This document shows positions 48,136 to 59,567 of a stretch of 64,000 bases of DNA, piece by piece (positions within the stretch are counted from its first letter, which is position 1; each line of letters begins with the position of its first letter). The position numbers were made by a program, and so were the translations under genes. A model generated the notes under the pieces. It made no database searches and was not told where the DNA came from. It saw nothing but the letters and a program-made list of their open reading frames with translations. Origin of the DNA: Winogradskyella sp. 3972H.M.0a.05 (GTDB taxonomy: Bacteria > Bacteroidota > Bacteroidia > Flavobacteriales > Flavobacteriaceae). The stretch is from assembly GCF_040493455.1 (NCBI RefSeq), contig NZ_JANFDA010000001.1, positions 483,283 through 547,282 of the forward strand. The letters are read 5' to 3'.

Positions 48136-49749
48136 ATGAACAAACTACTTTGGATATTTGTGTTTGGCCTTTCAATATTAGGCTGTAAAGAGAAGGAAGA
48201 ATCCTTGCGTGCAAAGCCAAATATTGTCTTTATCATTACAGATGATCATGCTTACCAAGCACTAAGCGCTTATGACGATAAGCTCATTAAGACACCACAT
48301 ATAGATCGATTGGCTAATGAGGGTATGCTATTCAATAGAGCTTTTGTTACTAATTCTATTTGTTCACCGAGTCGTGCTGTGGCTTTGACTGGTAAGTTTA
48401 GCCATCTCAATAGTGTTAGGGATAATCTAGATGTATTCGATACCACTCAAGTAACATTTCCAAGATTGCTTCAAGGTGCAGGTTATGAAACTGCTATCTA
48501 TGGGAAATGGCATCTCAAATCTAAACCCAAGGGATTTGATTTTTGGGAAGTATTGCCAGATCAAGGCCATTATTATCACCCAGAATTTTTAACTCCAGAC
48601 GGAGACATAAAAACAACAGGCTATGTTACAGATGTAATTACAGACAAAGCCATTCATTATCTAGATTCGTTGAGAGATACTAATAAGCCGTTCATGCTTA
48701 TGTACAATCATAAAGCACCTCATAGACAATGGTGGCCTTCTATGCACGACTTGGAAGATTTCAAATACAAAAAGATACCAGTGCCTGAAACATTGTTTGA
48801 TGAATACAAGACCAAAAGTAATGCTTCAGCAGAAGCAGAAATGCGCATCGCAGACCATATGGCATTAACCATGGACAATAAGATTGCACCAGAAATTTTG
48901 GAGAAATTGGATTATGAAGAATTCTTGGGTTGGTACTCGAGTAGTTACACGGAGCGTTTCAACCGATTAACCAAAGAAGAGCAAGAGCAATGGCTTAAGG
49001 TTTACGGACCCATCAATGAAGATTTCCAGCAAAATACACCAAAGGGAAAAGCTTTAACGCTATGGAAGTATCAACGCTACATGGAGGATTATCTTGGCGT
49101 GATAAAAAGTGTGGATCGCAACATTGGGAGATTGTTGGATTATTTGGATGAAAATGACCTTACTGAAAACACAATTGTAGTATATACTTCTGATCAAGGA
49201 TTCTATCTAGGGGAACATGGTTGGTTCGATAAACGCTTCATGTATGAAGAATCGTTTAGAACACCTTTATTGATTAGATATCCTCAGTCAATTGAAGCAG
49301 GTACTGTAAACTCTGATTTAGTTCAGAATATAGATTTTGCTCCAACAGTTTTAGACATTGCTGAGGTTGACATCCCAGAAGATATACAAGGACTTAGTTT
49401 ATTGCCATTGTTTGAAGGAAATAATGCCAATTGGCGAGATGCCTTGTATTATCATTATTACGAATATCCAGGAATCCATATGGTGAAACGTCATTATGGG
49501 GTAAGAACGGCACAACACAAACTCATTCGTTTTTACTATAATACTGAAGCATGGGAACTTTATGATTTAGAAAAGGATCCCCAAGAACTAAATAATGTAT
49601 ACGATTCACCAGAATATAAAACAGTTCAAGAGCAATTACACAAGAAGTTGCAAGAGCTGAGAGTTCAATACAAAGATGATTCCGATAGCCTTAATCTTCA
49701 ATGGATACAAAGTGATATTGAACGTTTAAAAAGTCTTGGATGGTATTAA
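48136..49749 (+). CDS. arylsulfatase-family sulfatase (canonical)
   Basis: FIITDDHAY and CSPSRAVALTGK formylglycine motif. Confidence 0.85.
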   Translation: MNKLLWIFVFGLSILGCKEKEESLRAKPNIVFIITDDHAYQALSAYDDKLIKTPHIDRLANEGMLFNRAFVTNSICSPSRAVALTGKFSHLNSVRDNLDVFDTTQVTFPRLLQGAGYETAIYGKWHLKSKPKGFDFWEVLPDQGHYYHPEFLTPDGDIKTTGYVTDVITDKAIHYLDSLRDTNKPFMLMYNHKAPHRQWWPSMHDLEDFKYKKIPVPETLFDEYKTKSNASAEAEMRIADHMALTMDNKIAPEILEKLDYEEFLGWYSSSYTERFNRLTKEEQEQWLKVYGPINEDFQQNTPKGKALTLWKYQRYMEDYLGVIKSVDRNIGRLLDYLDENDLTENTIVVYTSDQGFYLGEHGWFDKRFMYEESFRTPLLIRYPQSIEAGTVNSDLVQNIDFAPTVLDIAEVDIPEDIQGLSLLPLFEGNNANWRDALYYHYYEYPGIHMVKRHYGVRTAQHKLIRFYYNTEAWELYDLEKDPQELNNVYDSPEYKTVQEQLHKKLQELRVQYKDDSDSLNLQWIQSDIERLKSLGWY

Positions 49750-49807
49750 TAAAAAAGCTCCCAATATTGGGAGCTTTTTCAACTTTCAATTAATCTAACA
49801 AACAAAC

Positions 49808-50191
49808 CTACTTTACAGTTAAAGTATATTGTGGTGTTGGGTTCAAAGGGCAGAAGTATATGTACTCCCCTTTTTTCAACTCAGTAACTTGAGACTTTTC
49901 AGCCTTGTTGTTACCTACAGCTTTAGTAACATAAGCTGTCTTAATATGGTTTTCTGGCTTTGATGCATCTTTGCCTTTAGGAACTAATACAAATCCTACA
50001 TCGTGTCCTACATTATTATTGGATATTTCAAAGATGTAATTTCCTTCTTTTAGTGTTACACTTTGTTGAGTGAATTCACCTTTTGTTTGTTCAAAAGACA
50101 CAACTTTAGCGTCTTTCATCATTTTGTCTTGAGCATTAACATTAAATGTCAATCCTACGAATAGTGCGATAATTGCAATTACTTTTTTCAT
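49808..50191 (-). CDS. hypothetical secreted small beta-rich protein
   Basis: Signal peptide; 127 aa; no metal-ligand pattern. Confidence 0.45.
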   Translation of the reverse strand: MKKVIAIIALFVGLTFNVNAQDKMMKDAKVVSFEQTKGEFTQQSVTLKEGNYIFEISNNNVGHDVGFVLVPKGKDASKPENHIKTAYVTKAVGNNKAEKSQVTELKKGEYIYFCPLNPTPQYTLTVK

Positions 50192-50219
50192 TTTGTATAA
50201 AAATTAAGGTTAATTATTG

Positions 50220-50573
50220 TTATGCGTGGTAATAGCGTTCGTTGATAATTTTGCCATCTTTCCACTGTGTTCTATTGACTTGTTCAAATCTGTGATGCTG
50301 ACCATCATTGGTTTTGAATTCCATTACAGCTTCATAGTAAGATACATCTCCAGCGATAGCGATATTGTTTATGTCGTATCTAATGAATTCTGTAACGGTT
50401 TCTAACAATTCTTTTTCAGCAATGATGCATACTTCTTTTCCTTCTTTTGGTGTATTATTGGCTTCTTGTAAAACCACATCATCATCTAGATATTTATCCA
50501 TTGCTTCAAGGAATTGCCCTTTGCCTAAAAGGTCTTTAAGGTCAGCTAGAGCATGTTCTATAGTTGCGTTCAT
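50220..50573 (-). CDS. NTF2/SnoaL-like fold protein
   Basis: 117 aa; pattern typical of ketosteroid-isomerase-like small proteins. Confidence 0.5.
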   Translation of the reverse strand: MNATIEHALADLKDLLGKGQFLEAMDKYLDDDVVLQEANNTPKEGKEVCIIAEKELLETVTEFIRYDINNIAIAGDVSYYEAVMEFKTNDGQHHRFEQVNRTQWKDGKIINERYYHA

Positions 50574-50589
50574 TTTTTGATATGATTTT

Positions 50590-51138
50590 TTAAACGGTTT
50601 GAGCTTCTAATGGTTGAGCTACTGGAAAATCTACAGGAATTTGAGTAGTTGAGTGGATGTAATTAGAGATGGTTTTATCACCTACTAAAGAGATTACATC
50701 AATTAAATTTCCTTTATCGTATCCTGCATTAAAGAAAGCCTCAACAGTATCAGCATCAGTTTTTCCTCTAGTTTCAGTAATGTTTTTAGCCAACTTAGCT
50801 AAAGCATTCAACTTAGTATCTGACGTTGAGTATCCTCCTCTAAACTCTAAGATTTGATCATCTGAGAATCCGTTCATTTTTCCGATTGCTGTGTGAGCAG
50901 ATAAACAATAGATACAATCGTTCACTTGACTCACAGCAAGATTCACAACTTCTTTTTCTTTAGCAGAAAGTGATGTCTTTGCTCCAGAGAATGTTAAGTA
51001 GTTTTCTAGTGCTGTGTCGCTATAAGCGTAAGTAGCATAAAGGTTTGGGACAAATCCAAGTTTTCCTTTTAAAGTGTCAAAAATTGCTTGGTTATTTTCG
51101 CTTACTTGGTCTCTAGTTGGTACATTAAATGTGCTCAT
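50590..51138 (-). CDS. carboxymuconolactone decarboxylase / AhpD-like peroxidase-related protein
   Basis: CIYCLSAHT (CxxC/H AhpD-core motif). Confidence 0.75.
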   Translation of the reverse strand: MSTFNVPTRDQVSENNQAIFDTLKGKLGFVPNLYATYAYSDTALENYLTFSGAKTSLSAKEKEVVNLAVSQVNDCIYCLSAHTAIGKMNGFSDDQILEFRGGYSTSDTKLNALAKLAKNITETRGKTDADTVEAFFNAGYDKGNLIDVISLVGDKTISNYIHSTTQIPVDFPVAQPLEAQTV

Positions 51139-51419
51139 AATTTCTATTTTTTTAAGTATTAATTTTTATTTATTGAATATTTATATGTGGCTTCTCACTA
51201 TCACAATAGAAGTCGTGAATGTGTTTTTGCTCACAATGCGTTTTAGGACTTATAGTATGTTCTATCCTTTGTTTTCCTTTTCTGAAGATTTCAATAAGAT
51301 TGAAAATCGAGGTATGTTTTACATTCATCTTTACCTTGTTTTAATTTTACATTGCAAAGATGCGACTGAAAACAAGGCTATAGAATGGTGAAACTTCCTT
51401 AGCGCTTGTCAATTTTTCC

Positions 51420-52286
51420 CTAAGCGGTTGTTTTGAGCTGTTTTTGGAACTGAGAAGGCGATAATAAAGTGTGTTTTTTGAATAATCTACTTAAGTGTGA
51501 AGCGTCTTCGAAACCGATATCATAAGCAATTTCTTTTGCAGATTTATCGGTATACATTAATTGACGCTTTGCTTCAAGAATGATGCGTTCATGAATAATC
51601 TTGAGTGGACTCTTCTTGAATTTTGCAAATGTATTAGATAAGGTTTTGGGAGATTTGAACAACTTATCCGCATAAAAAGAAACACTATGCTCTTGTTTAA
51701 AATGTGCATCCACCAAAACATTGAAATGCCTCAGCAGATCTATTTTAGATTCATGCGTTCGTAATGTTTCAGAATTATTTTTAAGGATTCGAGTTGCTTT
51801 TATCATGAACCTCGCCATAAGCATTCTAAGCATTTCAGCCTGTATGTTATCCTTGGTTTCCAATTCATCTAAGAACACATTATGAAGGAAGTCGAATTTT
51901 TCTTGCTCTTTTTTATTCAGACTAATAATAGGGACAAAATCATTTCCAAAGAATAATAAACCAACACAACCGACTTCTTTGTCATGATCTTTGATACAAT
52001 AAAACTCTCTGTTAAACTGATATACGATAATGTCTTTCCCTTTTTTGTATTGAAAGTTTTGAATTGGCGTTAATGCCAGAATTTTATTAGCCTCCAAAGT
52101 GAAAGGAATTCCATCTACTTCAATTTCGGCATCAGAACTTGTGGTCCAAATAAATGTGAAAAGCCCAATAGGCTTTGTAGTTTGAAAGTTTTGTAGTAAT
52201 GTCTCGTTGGCTACATTTAAGATAGCTCCTGTGCTAAATTCTCTGAATTCTTTTGTCATGTAGAGGTTGTCAATTTTTCCCAACAA
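51420..52286 (-). CDS. AraC-family transcriptional regulator
   Basis: C-terminal HTH (KEIAYDIGFEDASHLSRLFKKHT). Confidence 0.75.
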   Translation of the reverse strand: MLGKIDNLYMTKEFREFSTGAILNVANETLLQNFQTTKPIGLFTFIWTTSSDAEIEVDGIPFTLEANKILALTPIQNFQYKKGKDIIVYQFNREFYCIKDHDKEVGCVGLLFFGNDFVPIISLNKKEQEKFDFLHNVFLDELETKDNIQAEMLRMLMARFMIKATRILKNNSETLRTHESKIDLLRHFNVLVDAHFKQEHSVSFYADKLFKSPKTLSNTFAKFKKSPLKIIHERIILEAKRQLMYTDKSAKEIAYDIGFEDASHLSRLFKKHTLLSPSQFQKQLKTTA

Positions 52287-52299
52287 ACCTTACAGTGTT

Positions 52300-53202
52300 T
52301 CAAAAGAAAATCTCTTGCGCTAGTCTGTAGGTATTAGCATGTGCCTCTACAATAATTTTAATATCAGGAGAGTAGCCTCCTCCCATGGAACACATTACAG
52401 GGATGTTTTGGTCTTTGCAGGTTTGCAGTACAAAACGATCTCGCTCTTTACAGCCTTCTATAGATAAGCCCAGTTTTCCAAGCTTATCCGAAGCAATAAT
52501 ATCCACGCCACTTAGGTAGTATATAAAGTCGGGTTGCTCCTGTTGGATGAGTCTGGGTAACATTGATTTCAGTAATTTTAGATAAGTCTCATCATCTGTA
52601 TCATTGTCTAAGGAAATATCTAAATCGCTTTGTTCTTTTTTGAAGGGGTAATTACTCTTACCATGCATAGAAAAGGTAAATACTGAAGCATCATTCTGAA
52701 AAATCTCGGCGGTACCATTACCTTGGTGCACATCAAGATCAACAATCAGAATTTTTTTAACCAATCCTTTTGCTTGAAGGTATCGTGCACCTATTGCTTG
52801 ATCGTTCAGTAAACAAAATGCTTCACCTCTGTCTGTATAGGCATGATGTGTGCCTCCAGCAATATTCATGGCGATACCGTGTTTTAAAGCGAATTCACTA
52901 GCTTTTATAGTACCATCAGCAATGATTACTTCACGCTCTACCAGAACCTCACTCAATGGAAACCCAATTTTGCGAGCAGCACTTCGATCTAGCGTTATGT
53001 TGACCAAATCATAATAATACTCAGGAGTATGAACGTTAAGAATATGCTTGTCATTAGGTTTTTCAGGCTCAAAAAAATTATCTCTAGTACAAGTACCTTC
53101 ATGGAGGAGTTGCTCAGGGAGCAATTCATACTTTATCATGGGAAAACGATGTCCTTCAGGTAAAGGATGTTTGTAGATTGGATGGTATGCTATTTTGAGC
53201 AT
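52300..53202 (-). CDS. histone-deacetylase-family (AcuC/Aph-like) deacetylase
   Basis: HDAC zinc-site motifs (DLDVHQGNGT, GGGY). Confidence 0.8.
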   Translation of the reverse strand: MLKIAYHPIYKHPLPEGHRFPMIKYELLPEQLLHEGTCTRDNFFEPEKPNDKHILNVHTPEYYYDLVNITLDRSAARKIGFPLSEVLVEREVIIADGTIKASEFALKHGIAMNIAGGTHHAYTDRGEAFCLLNDQAIGARYLQAKGLVKKILIVDLDVHQGNGTAEIFQNDASVFTFSMHGKSNYPFKKEQSDLDISLDNDTDDETYLKLLKSMLPRLIQQEQPDFIYYLSGVDIIASDKLGKLGLSIEGCKERDRFVLQTCKDQNIPVMCSMGGGYSPDIKIIVEAHANTYRLAQEIFF

Positions 53203-53293
53203 GATATTAACGCCTTAAGAATATGATAATATAAAAAGGGACTACGATTCGTAGTCCCCTAAATTATATCTTTTCATTGATCTACGCTAATGC

Positions 53294-54562
53294 TTATTGC
53301 TTGACTATCTTTTTTGTTAAACTAGCCCCAGTCTCATTATCCTTAATAATTAAGAAATACATCGCATTTCCAAGATTTTTTAGATCATTAATGTTTATTT
53401 CACCATTTTGAACATTATAAGAATTGTTGTAAACAGCTTTTCCGTTAATATCTACGATACTGACATCAAAATTGGAATAAGAACCGTTTTGGAGTTTTAT
53501 TTTTATACTAGAAGTAAACGGGTTAGGGAAGACCTCCAAATCATTTACTGTAAGCTCATTTACACTGAGCAAAGAACCGCATATAGTCCAACCCATATCT
53601 TGCATAAATCCTAAAGTTACTAGACCAGGATCATGCATTGCTTCCCCCGATGCAATAGATGGTGTCATTAATGAGTTTGGATGCCCGGCAGGGTAAGTAG
53701 TTTCATCCCAATGACTGTAACTAGAGCCTTGTTGGAAAACAGTAGGCGCATATGTTTTTGGTTGTATGTTGTTATTTTGAGCTGTTGCTTCAGCACTATT
53801 ACAAAATAGGTTATTACTAGTAAGTTGATTGCGTAATAAAATAGAAGGATCTGGATATGCTAAGATAGAAATCCCAAAGTTATTTTCAATAAATTGATCC
53901 CATATACTTACAAAACCTCCAGAGTTTCTTATTGCACCTTCATTATTATTGTTTACAGTTCCAAAGCCAGAGATTCCCAACCCATGGCCTAATTCGTGTA
54001 AAACTACAGAAACAAAATCGATTTGATTAATAGGAGGGTTGCCATCTAAGCCAAAATAAAAGTTAGCAATATTGCTAAAAGTGGCATTAATGTCTACAGA
54101 GTTATCACCTCCAATTTCCGAGCCAGTGATTTTTTCGGCTAATGCAGCAGGGTAAAGTGTATTTTCAGGAATTTCATCACCAGTAAGCGGAAAAAGCCCA
54201 TTAGGTCCAGCACCACCCAAAACACCAGGTGGGAGAGAGCTAAAGTTGGCATTTACAGTGATTGGTACAGAAGATTCTAAAGAGTGTTCCCATATACTTA
54301 CTGCAAACTCAAAAGCAGCTTGAGCTTCAGCAGTAAAGCCGTTGTAGATAACATTAATTGTAGAACAAGGTGTATCGTTAGCCATTCTTTCTTGTAAGGC
54401 ATTTGACCTTAGTACTGATACTTTCTTTGGAGTTGGATTTGCATAATAGGTACAAACGTCTCTATCTAAATAAAAAGGTTCAGTTCCTGGAGTTACCTGC
54501 ACTTGTGCAAGAGAATAGAAGGTTATGCATAATACTATAAGCGTAAGTAGATTTCGTTTCAT
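53294..54562 (-). CDS. secreted zinc metalloprotease with T9SS C-terminal sorting domain
   Basis: Signal peptide; HELGHGLGI zinc-binding HExxH; C-terminal approximately 80-aa beta-sandwich tail typical of Por/T9SS cargo. Confidence 0.65.
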   Translation of the reverse strand: MKRNLLTLIVLCITFYSLAQVQVTPGTEPFYLDRDVCTYYANPTPKKVSVLRSNALQERMANDTPCSTINVIYNGFTAEAQAAFEFAVSIWEHSLESSVPITVNANFSSLPPGVLGGAGPNGLFPLTGDEIPENTLYPAALAEKITGSEIGGDNSVDINATFSNIANFYFGLDGNPPINQIDFVSVVLHELGHGLGISGFGTVNNNNEGAIRNSGGFVSIWDQFIENNFGISILAYPDPSILLRNQLTSNNLFCNSAEATAQNNNIQPKTYAPTVFQQGSSYSHWDETTYPAGHPNSLMTPSIASGEAMHDPGLVTLGFMQDMGWTICGSLLSVNELTVNDLEVFPNPFTSSIKIKLQNGSYSNFDVSIVDINGKAVYNNSYNVQNGEININDLKNLGNAMYFLIIKDNETGASLTKKIVKQ

Positions 54563-54734
54563 ATAAAAGAATTTTTTAGATTAAGGGACTTTTTTGTAAT
54601 AAAAGTACTACAAAAATAAAAAAATACTTTTTAGGATCTCAAAAAAATGGTGTCAATGAGTGTTAACTAGTGTTAAACAGAGATGTAATATGAAAAGTAT
54701 TATGCTGAAGATTAGTTAGATAATATTGACTTAT

Positions 54735-56792
54735 TTAACTAATCTTCAACCCATTAGAAGTTTCAACAGAGTTATCTGGATTCACAAATACCAATTGACC
54801 TTCAGGTGTTTCGGTCATTAAAATCATGCCTTCACTTTCCACACCTCTCAAGGCTCTTGGTGCAAGATTCACCAAAACAGTTACTTTTTTTCCGATAACG
54901 TCTTCCGCTTTATAACTTTCAGCAATACCAGATACAATGGTTCTAACATCAATTCCAGTATCCACTTTTAAAACGAGAAGCTTCTTGGCCTTTGGCATTT
55001 TCTCCGCTTCGAGGATGGTACCGACTCGGATATCTAACTTCGTGAAATCATCAAAAGTAATGGTATCCTTTTGAGGTTCAACAGTAGCATTGGCAGCTTC
55101 ATTAGCTTTTTTGCTAGCCTCTAACTTATCTAATTGTGCTTGGATGTCTTTTTCTTCTATTGGTTTGAATAATAGTTCAGCTTTTCCTTCTTGAAGTTTA
55201 TGACCAGAAGGAAGTAGAATATCTTTAGTTGCAACCTCTTCCCAAGAATTACCATCACTATTCAAGATTGACTTCAGCTTATTTGAAGTAAATGGTAACA
55301 ATGGTTCACTGAGTATAGCTAATGCAGATGCTATTTGAAGCGCAACGAACATGATTGTTTTTACCCGTTCAGGATCATCTTTAACTTTTTTCCAAGGCTC
55401 TTCATCTGCTAAGTACTTGTTTCCTAAACGTGCAAGATTCATAAGTTCTTGACTTGCTTCTCTAAAACGATAACGTTCTATAGAACTAGCAATCACGGCA
55501 GGATAGGCTTTAACTGCTGTTAAAGTATCTTCATCTATTTTAGTAAATTCTGAAGGCTCAGGAACTTCCCCATCATAGTACTTATTAGTGAGTACAGCCA
55601 CACGATTAATAAAGTTTCCGAAGATGGCAACCAATTCATTATTGTTCCTAGCTTGAAAATCTTTCCAAGTAAAATCATTGTCCTTTGTTTCAGGTGCATT
55701 AGCAATTAAAGCATAGCGCAATGCATCCTGTTTCTCAGGGAAATCTTCTAAATACTCATGTAACCAAACAGCCCAATTTTTTGAAGTTGACAATTTATTG
55801 CCCTCCAAATTCAAAAATTCATTGGCAGGGACATTATCAGGTAAAATATAACTTCCTTCAGCCTTTAGCATCGATGGGAAAATGATACAGTGAAATACAA
55901 TATTATCCTTACCTATAAAGTGTACAAGTTTGGTGTTTTCATCTTTCCAGTAGTCTTCCCAGTTTTTACCTTCGCGTTCTGCCCATTCCTTTGTAGCAGA
56001 AATGTAGCCGATAGGAGCATCGAACCAAACATACAACACCTTACCTTCTCCTCCTTCAACAGGAACAGGAATTCCCCAATCCAAATCTCTGGTTACGGCT
56101 CTTGGTCTTAACCCATCATCGATCCAAGATTTGCATTGTCCATACACATTTGGTTTCCAGTCTTTTTTATGCCCTTTTAGGATCCACTCTCTCAAGAAAT
56201 CTTCATGCTTATTTAAGGGTAGAAACCAATGTTTAGTTTCTTTAAGTGTAGGTGTGTTTCCTGTAATGGCTGATTTTGGATTTATAAGATCTGTAGCATT
56301 ATGACTTGTTCCACAGTTTTCGCATTGATCGCCATAAGCTTCTTCATAACCACATTTTGGACAGGTTCCTATAACAAAACGATCTGCTAAGAATTGTTTT
56401 GCTTCTTCATCATACAGTTGTTCGGTAACTTCCTCTACAAATTCATGCTTGTCATATAACGTTTTGAAAAATTCTGAAGCAGTATCATGATGAATCTTCG
56501 CAGAAGTACGCGAATAATTATCGAACGAGATTCCAAAATCTTCAAAAGACTGCTTTATGATAGCATGGTATTTATCAACGACATCTTGTGGTGTGACACC
56601 TTCTTTTTTTGCTTTGATGGTAATTGGCACACCATGCTCATCACTTCCGCAAATAAAGGCAACATCTTTACCAATTAAGCGTAAGTACCTTGCATAGATA
56701 TCAGCAGGCACGTATACACCAGCTAAGTGACCAATATGAATTGGACCGTTGGTATATGGAAGTGCTGCTGTTATGGTATATCTGTTCGACAT
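54735..56792 (-). CDS. metG: methionine--tRNA ligase with C-terminal EMAP/tRNA-binding domain
   Basis: [11 protein letters not shown] (HIGH), CPKCG...CENCG zinc knuckles, KLSTSKN (KMSKS). I moved the start to [13 protein letters not shown]. Confidence 0.9.
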   Translation of the reverse strand: MSNRYTITAALPYTNGPIHIGHLAGVYVPADIYARYLRLIGKDVAFICGSDEHGVPITIKAKKEGVTPQDVVDKYHAIIKQSFEDFGISFDNYSRTSAKIHHDTASEFFKTLYDKHEFVEEVTEQLYDEEAKQFLADRFVIGTCPKCGYEEAYGDQCENCGTSHNATDLINPKSAITGNTPTLKETKHWFLPLNKHEDFLREWILKGHKKDWKPNVYGQCKSWIDDGLRPRAVTRDLDWGIPVPVEGGEGKVLYVWFDAPIGYISATKEWAEREGKNWEDYWKDENTKLVHFIGKDNIVFHCIIFPSMLKAEGSYILPDNVPANEFLNLEGNKLSTSKNWAVWLHEYLEDFPEKQDALRYALIANAPETKDNDFTWKDFQARNNNELVAIFGNFINRVAVLTNKYYDGEVPEPSEFTKIDEDTLTAVKAYPAVIASSIERYRFREASQELMNLARLGNKYLADEEPWKKVKDDPERVKTIMFVALQIASALAILSEPLLPFTSNKLKSILNSDGNSWEEVATKDILLPSGHKLQEGKAELLFKPIEEKDIQAQLDKLEASKKANEAANATVEPQKDTITFDDFTKLDIRVGTILEAEKMPKAKKLLVLKVDTGIDVRTIVSGIAESYKAEDVIGKKVTVLVNLAPRALRGVESEGMILMTETPEGQLVFVNPDNSVETSNGLKIS

Positions 56793-56849
56793 AATATTCA
56801 TCTTTTGAGGGCACAAAAGTACGCATTCTTAAAGGGATAAGGAAAAAAA

Positions 56850-57884
56850 ATGTACTTTTACGATATGTCCAAATATGCCTTTTTAATATCTGTTGTATGT
56901 TGCTTTTTTTTCTTCGGAATGAATACAGCTACGACACAACAAAAAGACTCTGAAAACACAAACACCTTGATACAGCCACCATATCTAAAAGCAGGAGATA
57001 CCGTTGCGATTGTTGCACCATCTGGAATTTTAATTAATCGTGAAGATGAAGTAGATCAGGCTAAAGCTCTGCTAAAAAGTTGGGGGTTGAATGTGGTTGT
57101 AGGGCAACATGTCTTCAAACAAAACAACCATTTTGCAGGAACTGATGATGAACGTTGCGAAGATTTGCAAAACGCGATGGATGATACAACTATTAGTGCT
57201 GTTTGGTGTGCCAGAGGCGGTTATGGAACTGTTAGAATTTTGGATAAGATTGATTATACCAAATTCAAAGAAAAACCAAAGTGGCTCATAGGGTATAGCG
57301 ATATTACTGCATTGCACAATCAATTGCATAACGAAGGGTTTGAATCTATCCATGCTTTGATGTGTACAAGCCTTACTAAGGATTTGAGTAAGATAAAACC
57401 AGCGATTGACACCTTTAAAGATGCACTTTTTGGAGCGTCTCTGTCTTATACTTTAGAAGGATCCACCTTAAATAAATCAGGAACGGTTAGTGGACAACTA
57501 GTAGGTGGAAACCTTACGCTATTACATACCATGCTGGGTTCCGATACATCTATAGATACCTCTGGAAAAATTCTCTTTATAGAAGAAATTGGTGAATATA
57601 AATATCATGTCGATCGTATGCTGCAAACCTTAAAGCGTGCGGGCTATTTCGATAACTGCAAAGGCGTTCTGGTTGGGGATTTTACCAAAATGAAAAAGAA
57701 TAACACTGCACTTTGGGGAAGCTCCATAGAACAACTCATCGTCGATGCACTTTCGGAATATGACTTCCCAATTGCCTTTAACATGCCTGCTGGACACGAA
57801 AGAGATAATCGTGCTATGATTTTGGGTAGAGAGGTTGAGCTAAAATCAGGAAAAGACCAATCAATACTAACCTTCAAAAATTAA
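56850..57884 (+). CDS. LD-carboxypeptidase (peptidase S66, LdcA-like)
   Basis: GYSDITAL catalytic Ser motif; about 344 aa. Confidence 0.8.
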   Translation: MYFYDMSKYAFLISVVCCFFFFGMNTATTQQKDSENTNTLIQPPYLKAGDTVAIVAPSGILINREDEVDQAKALLKSWGLNVVVGQHVFKQNNHFAGTDDERCEDLQNAMDDTTISAVWCARGGYGTVRILDKIDYTKFKEKPKWLIGYSDITALHNQLHNEGFESIHALMCTSLTKDLSKIKPAIDTFKDALFGASLSYTLEGSTLNKSGTVSGQLVGGNLTLLHTMLGSDTSIDTSGKILFIEEIGEYKYHVDRMLQTLKRAGYFDNCKGVLVGDFTKMKKNNTALWGSSIEQLIVDALSEYDFPIAFNMPAGHERDNRAMILGREVELKSGKDQSILTFKN

Positions 57885-57886
57885 GA

Positions 57887-58246
57887 TTGGCAAAACACAC
57901 TGAACTTGGTAAAAAAGGCGAGCAGTTAGCTGTAAACTTCTTAGTTGAAAAAGGATATGACATACTAGAACGCAATTATCGATTTGATAAAGCCGAAGTC
58001 GATATCATAGCACAACAAGGTGAAATACTTGCAATTATTGAAGTAAAAACAAGATCTACTTCAGATTTTGGAAACCCTCAGGATTTTGTAAAACCCAAGC
58101 AAATCAAAAACCTCATAAAAGCGGTTGATGAGTATGTTAATGTCAATAGTCTTGATGTCGAAGTACGATTCGATATTATTGCTATCGTAAAACAAAATAA
58201 TGATTTTGAGATAGAGCATCTAGAAGATGCATTTTATCATTTTTAA
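57887..58246 (+). CDS. YraN-family (UPF0102) endonuclease-like protein
   Basis: ELGKKGEQLA...EVDIIA...IIEVK motif pattern; 119 aa. Confidence 0.75.
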   Translation: MAKHTELGKKGEQLAVNFLVEKGYDILERNYRFDKAEVDIIAQQGEILAIIEVKTRSTSDFGNPQDFVKPKQIKNLIKAVDEYVNVNSLDVEVRFDIIAIVKQNNDFEIEHLEDAFYHF

Positions 58247-58353
58247 AACCGACTTTGACCCTTCTGTATGAACACTGAGCGAAGTCGAAGTGTGATGCAA
58301 AACCCTTAAAATGTCATATAGATTCCTGCCTGCGCAGGTATGACAAATAACTT

Positions 58354-59493
58354 TTACCCTATGGCTTGCTCTAGGTCAGCAATAAGATCATCTACATCTT
58401 CAATACCAACACTCAAGCGAATCAAAGCATCTACAACACCTGTTTTCTCACGTTCTTCTTTTGGGATACTAGCATGTGTCATACTTGCTGGGTGACCAGC
58501 CAAAGACTCCACGCCACCGAGAGATTCTGCTAAAGTGAATATCTTAAGCTTCTCAACTATTTTAATTGCGTCTTCGTAGCTGTTGCCTTTAGTTACAAAA
58601 GAAATCATCCCGCCAAAATCGTCCATTTGTGCTTTAGCAACATCGTGGTTAGGATGACTTTCAAACCCTGGCCAATATACCTTTTCAATCTTAGGATGAG
58701 ACGCTAAATATTCTGCAATGACTTTTCCGTTTTCGCTATGGCGTTGCATTCTAATATGTAGTGTTTTTATACCTCTCAGCATTAAGAAACTGTCTTGAGG
58801 TCCTGGAACACCACCGCTTGAGTTTTGAAGAAATGCTATTTCTTCAGCCAAATCATCATCATTTACAACCAACGCACCCATCACCACATCACTATGGCCA
58901 CCAAGATATTTTGTAGCAGAATGCATCACGATATCAGCACCAAGATCTAATGGTCTTTGTAGATAAGGTGTCGCAAAAGTATTATCAACTCCTAGTAAAA
59001 TATTATTGGCTTTAGCAACTTCTGAAGCAGCTTTGATATCAATAATATTCATCATTGGATTTGTAGGTGTTTCAACCCAAATCAGTTTCGTATTCTCATT
59101 GACATAAGAAGCTATCTTATCGGCGTTGTCCATACCAATAAAGTGAAACTTAATACCATATTTAGAAAACACTTTGGTAAAAAGTCTATAGGAACCACCA
59201 TAGAGGTCATTAGTAGAAATGACTTCGTCACCTGGCTTTAACAGCTTTATTACAGTATCAATGGCTGCCATTCCAGAGGCAAATGCAAAACCATGCTTAC
59301 CATTTTCTATACTTGCAAAAGAATTTTCTAAAGCCTTTCGTGTTGGATTGTGTGTTCTAGAATATTCAAACCCTTTATGACCGCCAGGTGTACTCTGAGC
59401 ATATGTTGAGGTTTGATAGATTGGAGGCATCACTGCACCATAAGCCTTATCGTGTTCTTGTCCTCCGTGTATAGTTTTAGTATTAAATTTCAT
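58354..59493 (-). CDS. PLP-dependent cystathionine gamma-synthase/beta-lyase family enzyme
   Basis: Cys/Met metabolism PLP motif (MHSATKYLGGHSD), Lys-bearing. Confidence 0.8.
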   Translation of the reverse strand: MKFNTKTIHGGQEHDKAYGAVMPPIYQTSTYAQSTPGGHKGFEYSRTHNPTRKALENSFASIENGKHGFAFASGMAAIDTVIKLLKPGDEVISTNDLYGGSYRLFTKVFSKYGIKFHFIGMDNADKIASYVNENTKLIWVETPTNPMMNIIDIKAASEVAKANNILLGVDNTFATPYLQRPLDLGADIVMHSATKYLGGHSDVVMGALVVNDDDLAEEIAFLQNSSGGVPGPQDSFLMLRGIKTLHIRMQRHSENGKVIAEYLASHPKIEKVYWPGFESHPNHDVAKAQMDDFGGMISFVTKGNSYEDAIKIVEKLKIFTLAESLGGVESLAGHPASMTHASIPKEEREKTGVVDALIRLSVGIEDVDDLIADLEQAIG

Positions 59494-59567
59494 AAATCTT
59501 ATTGTATCAGCGCAACAAATTTAATTTTAAATTCGTTGTATTCAAATCTTAGAGGTACCTTTAGACG

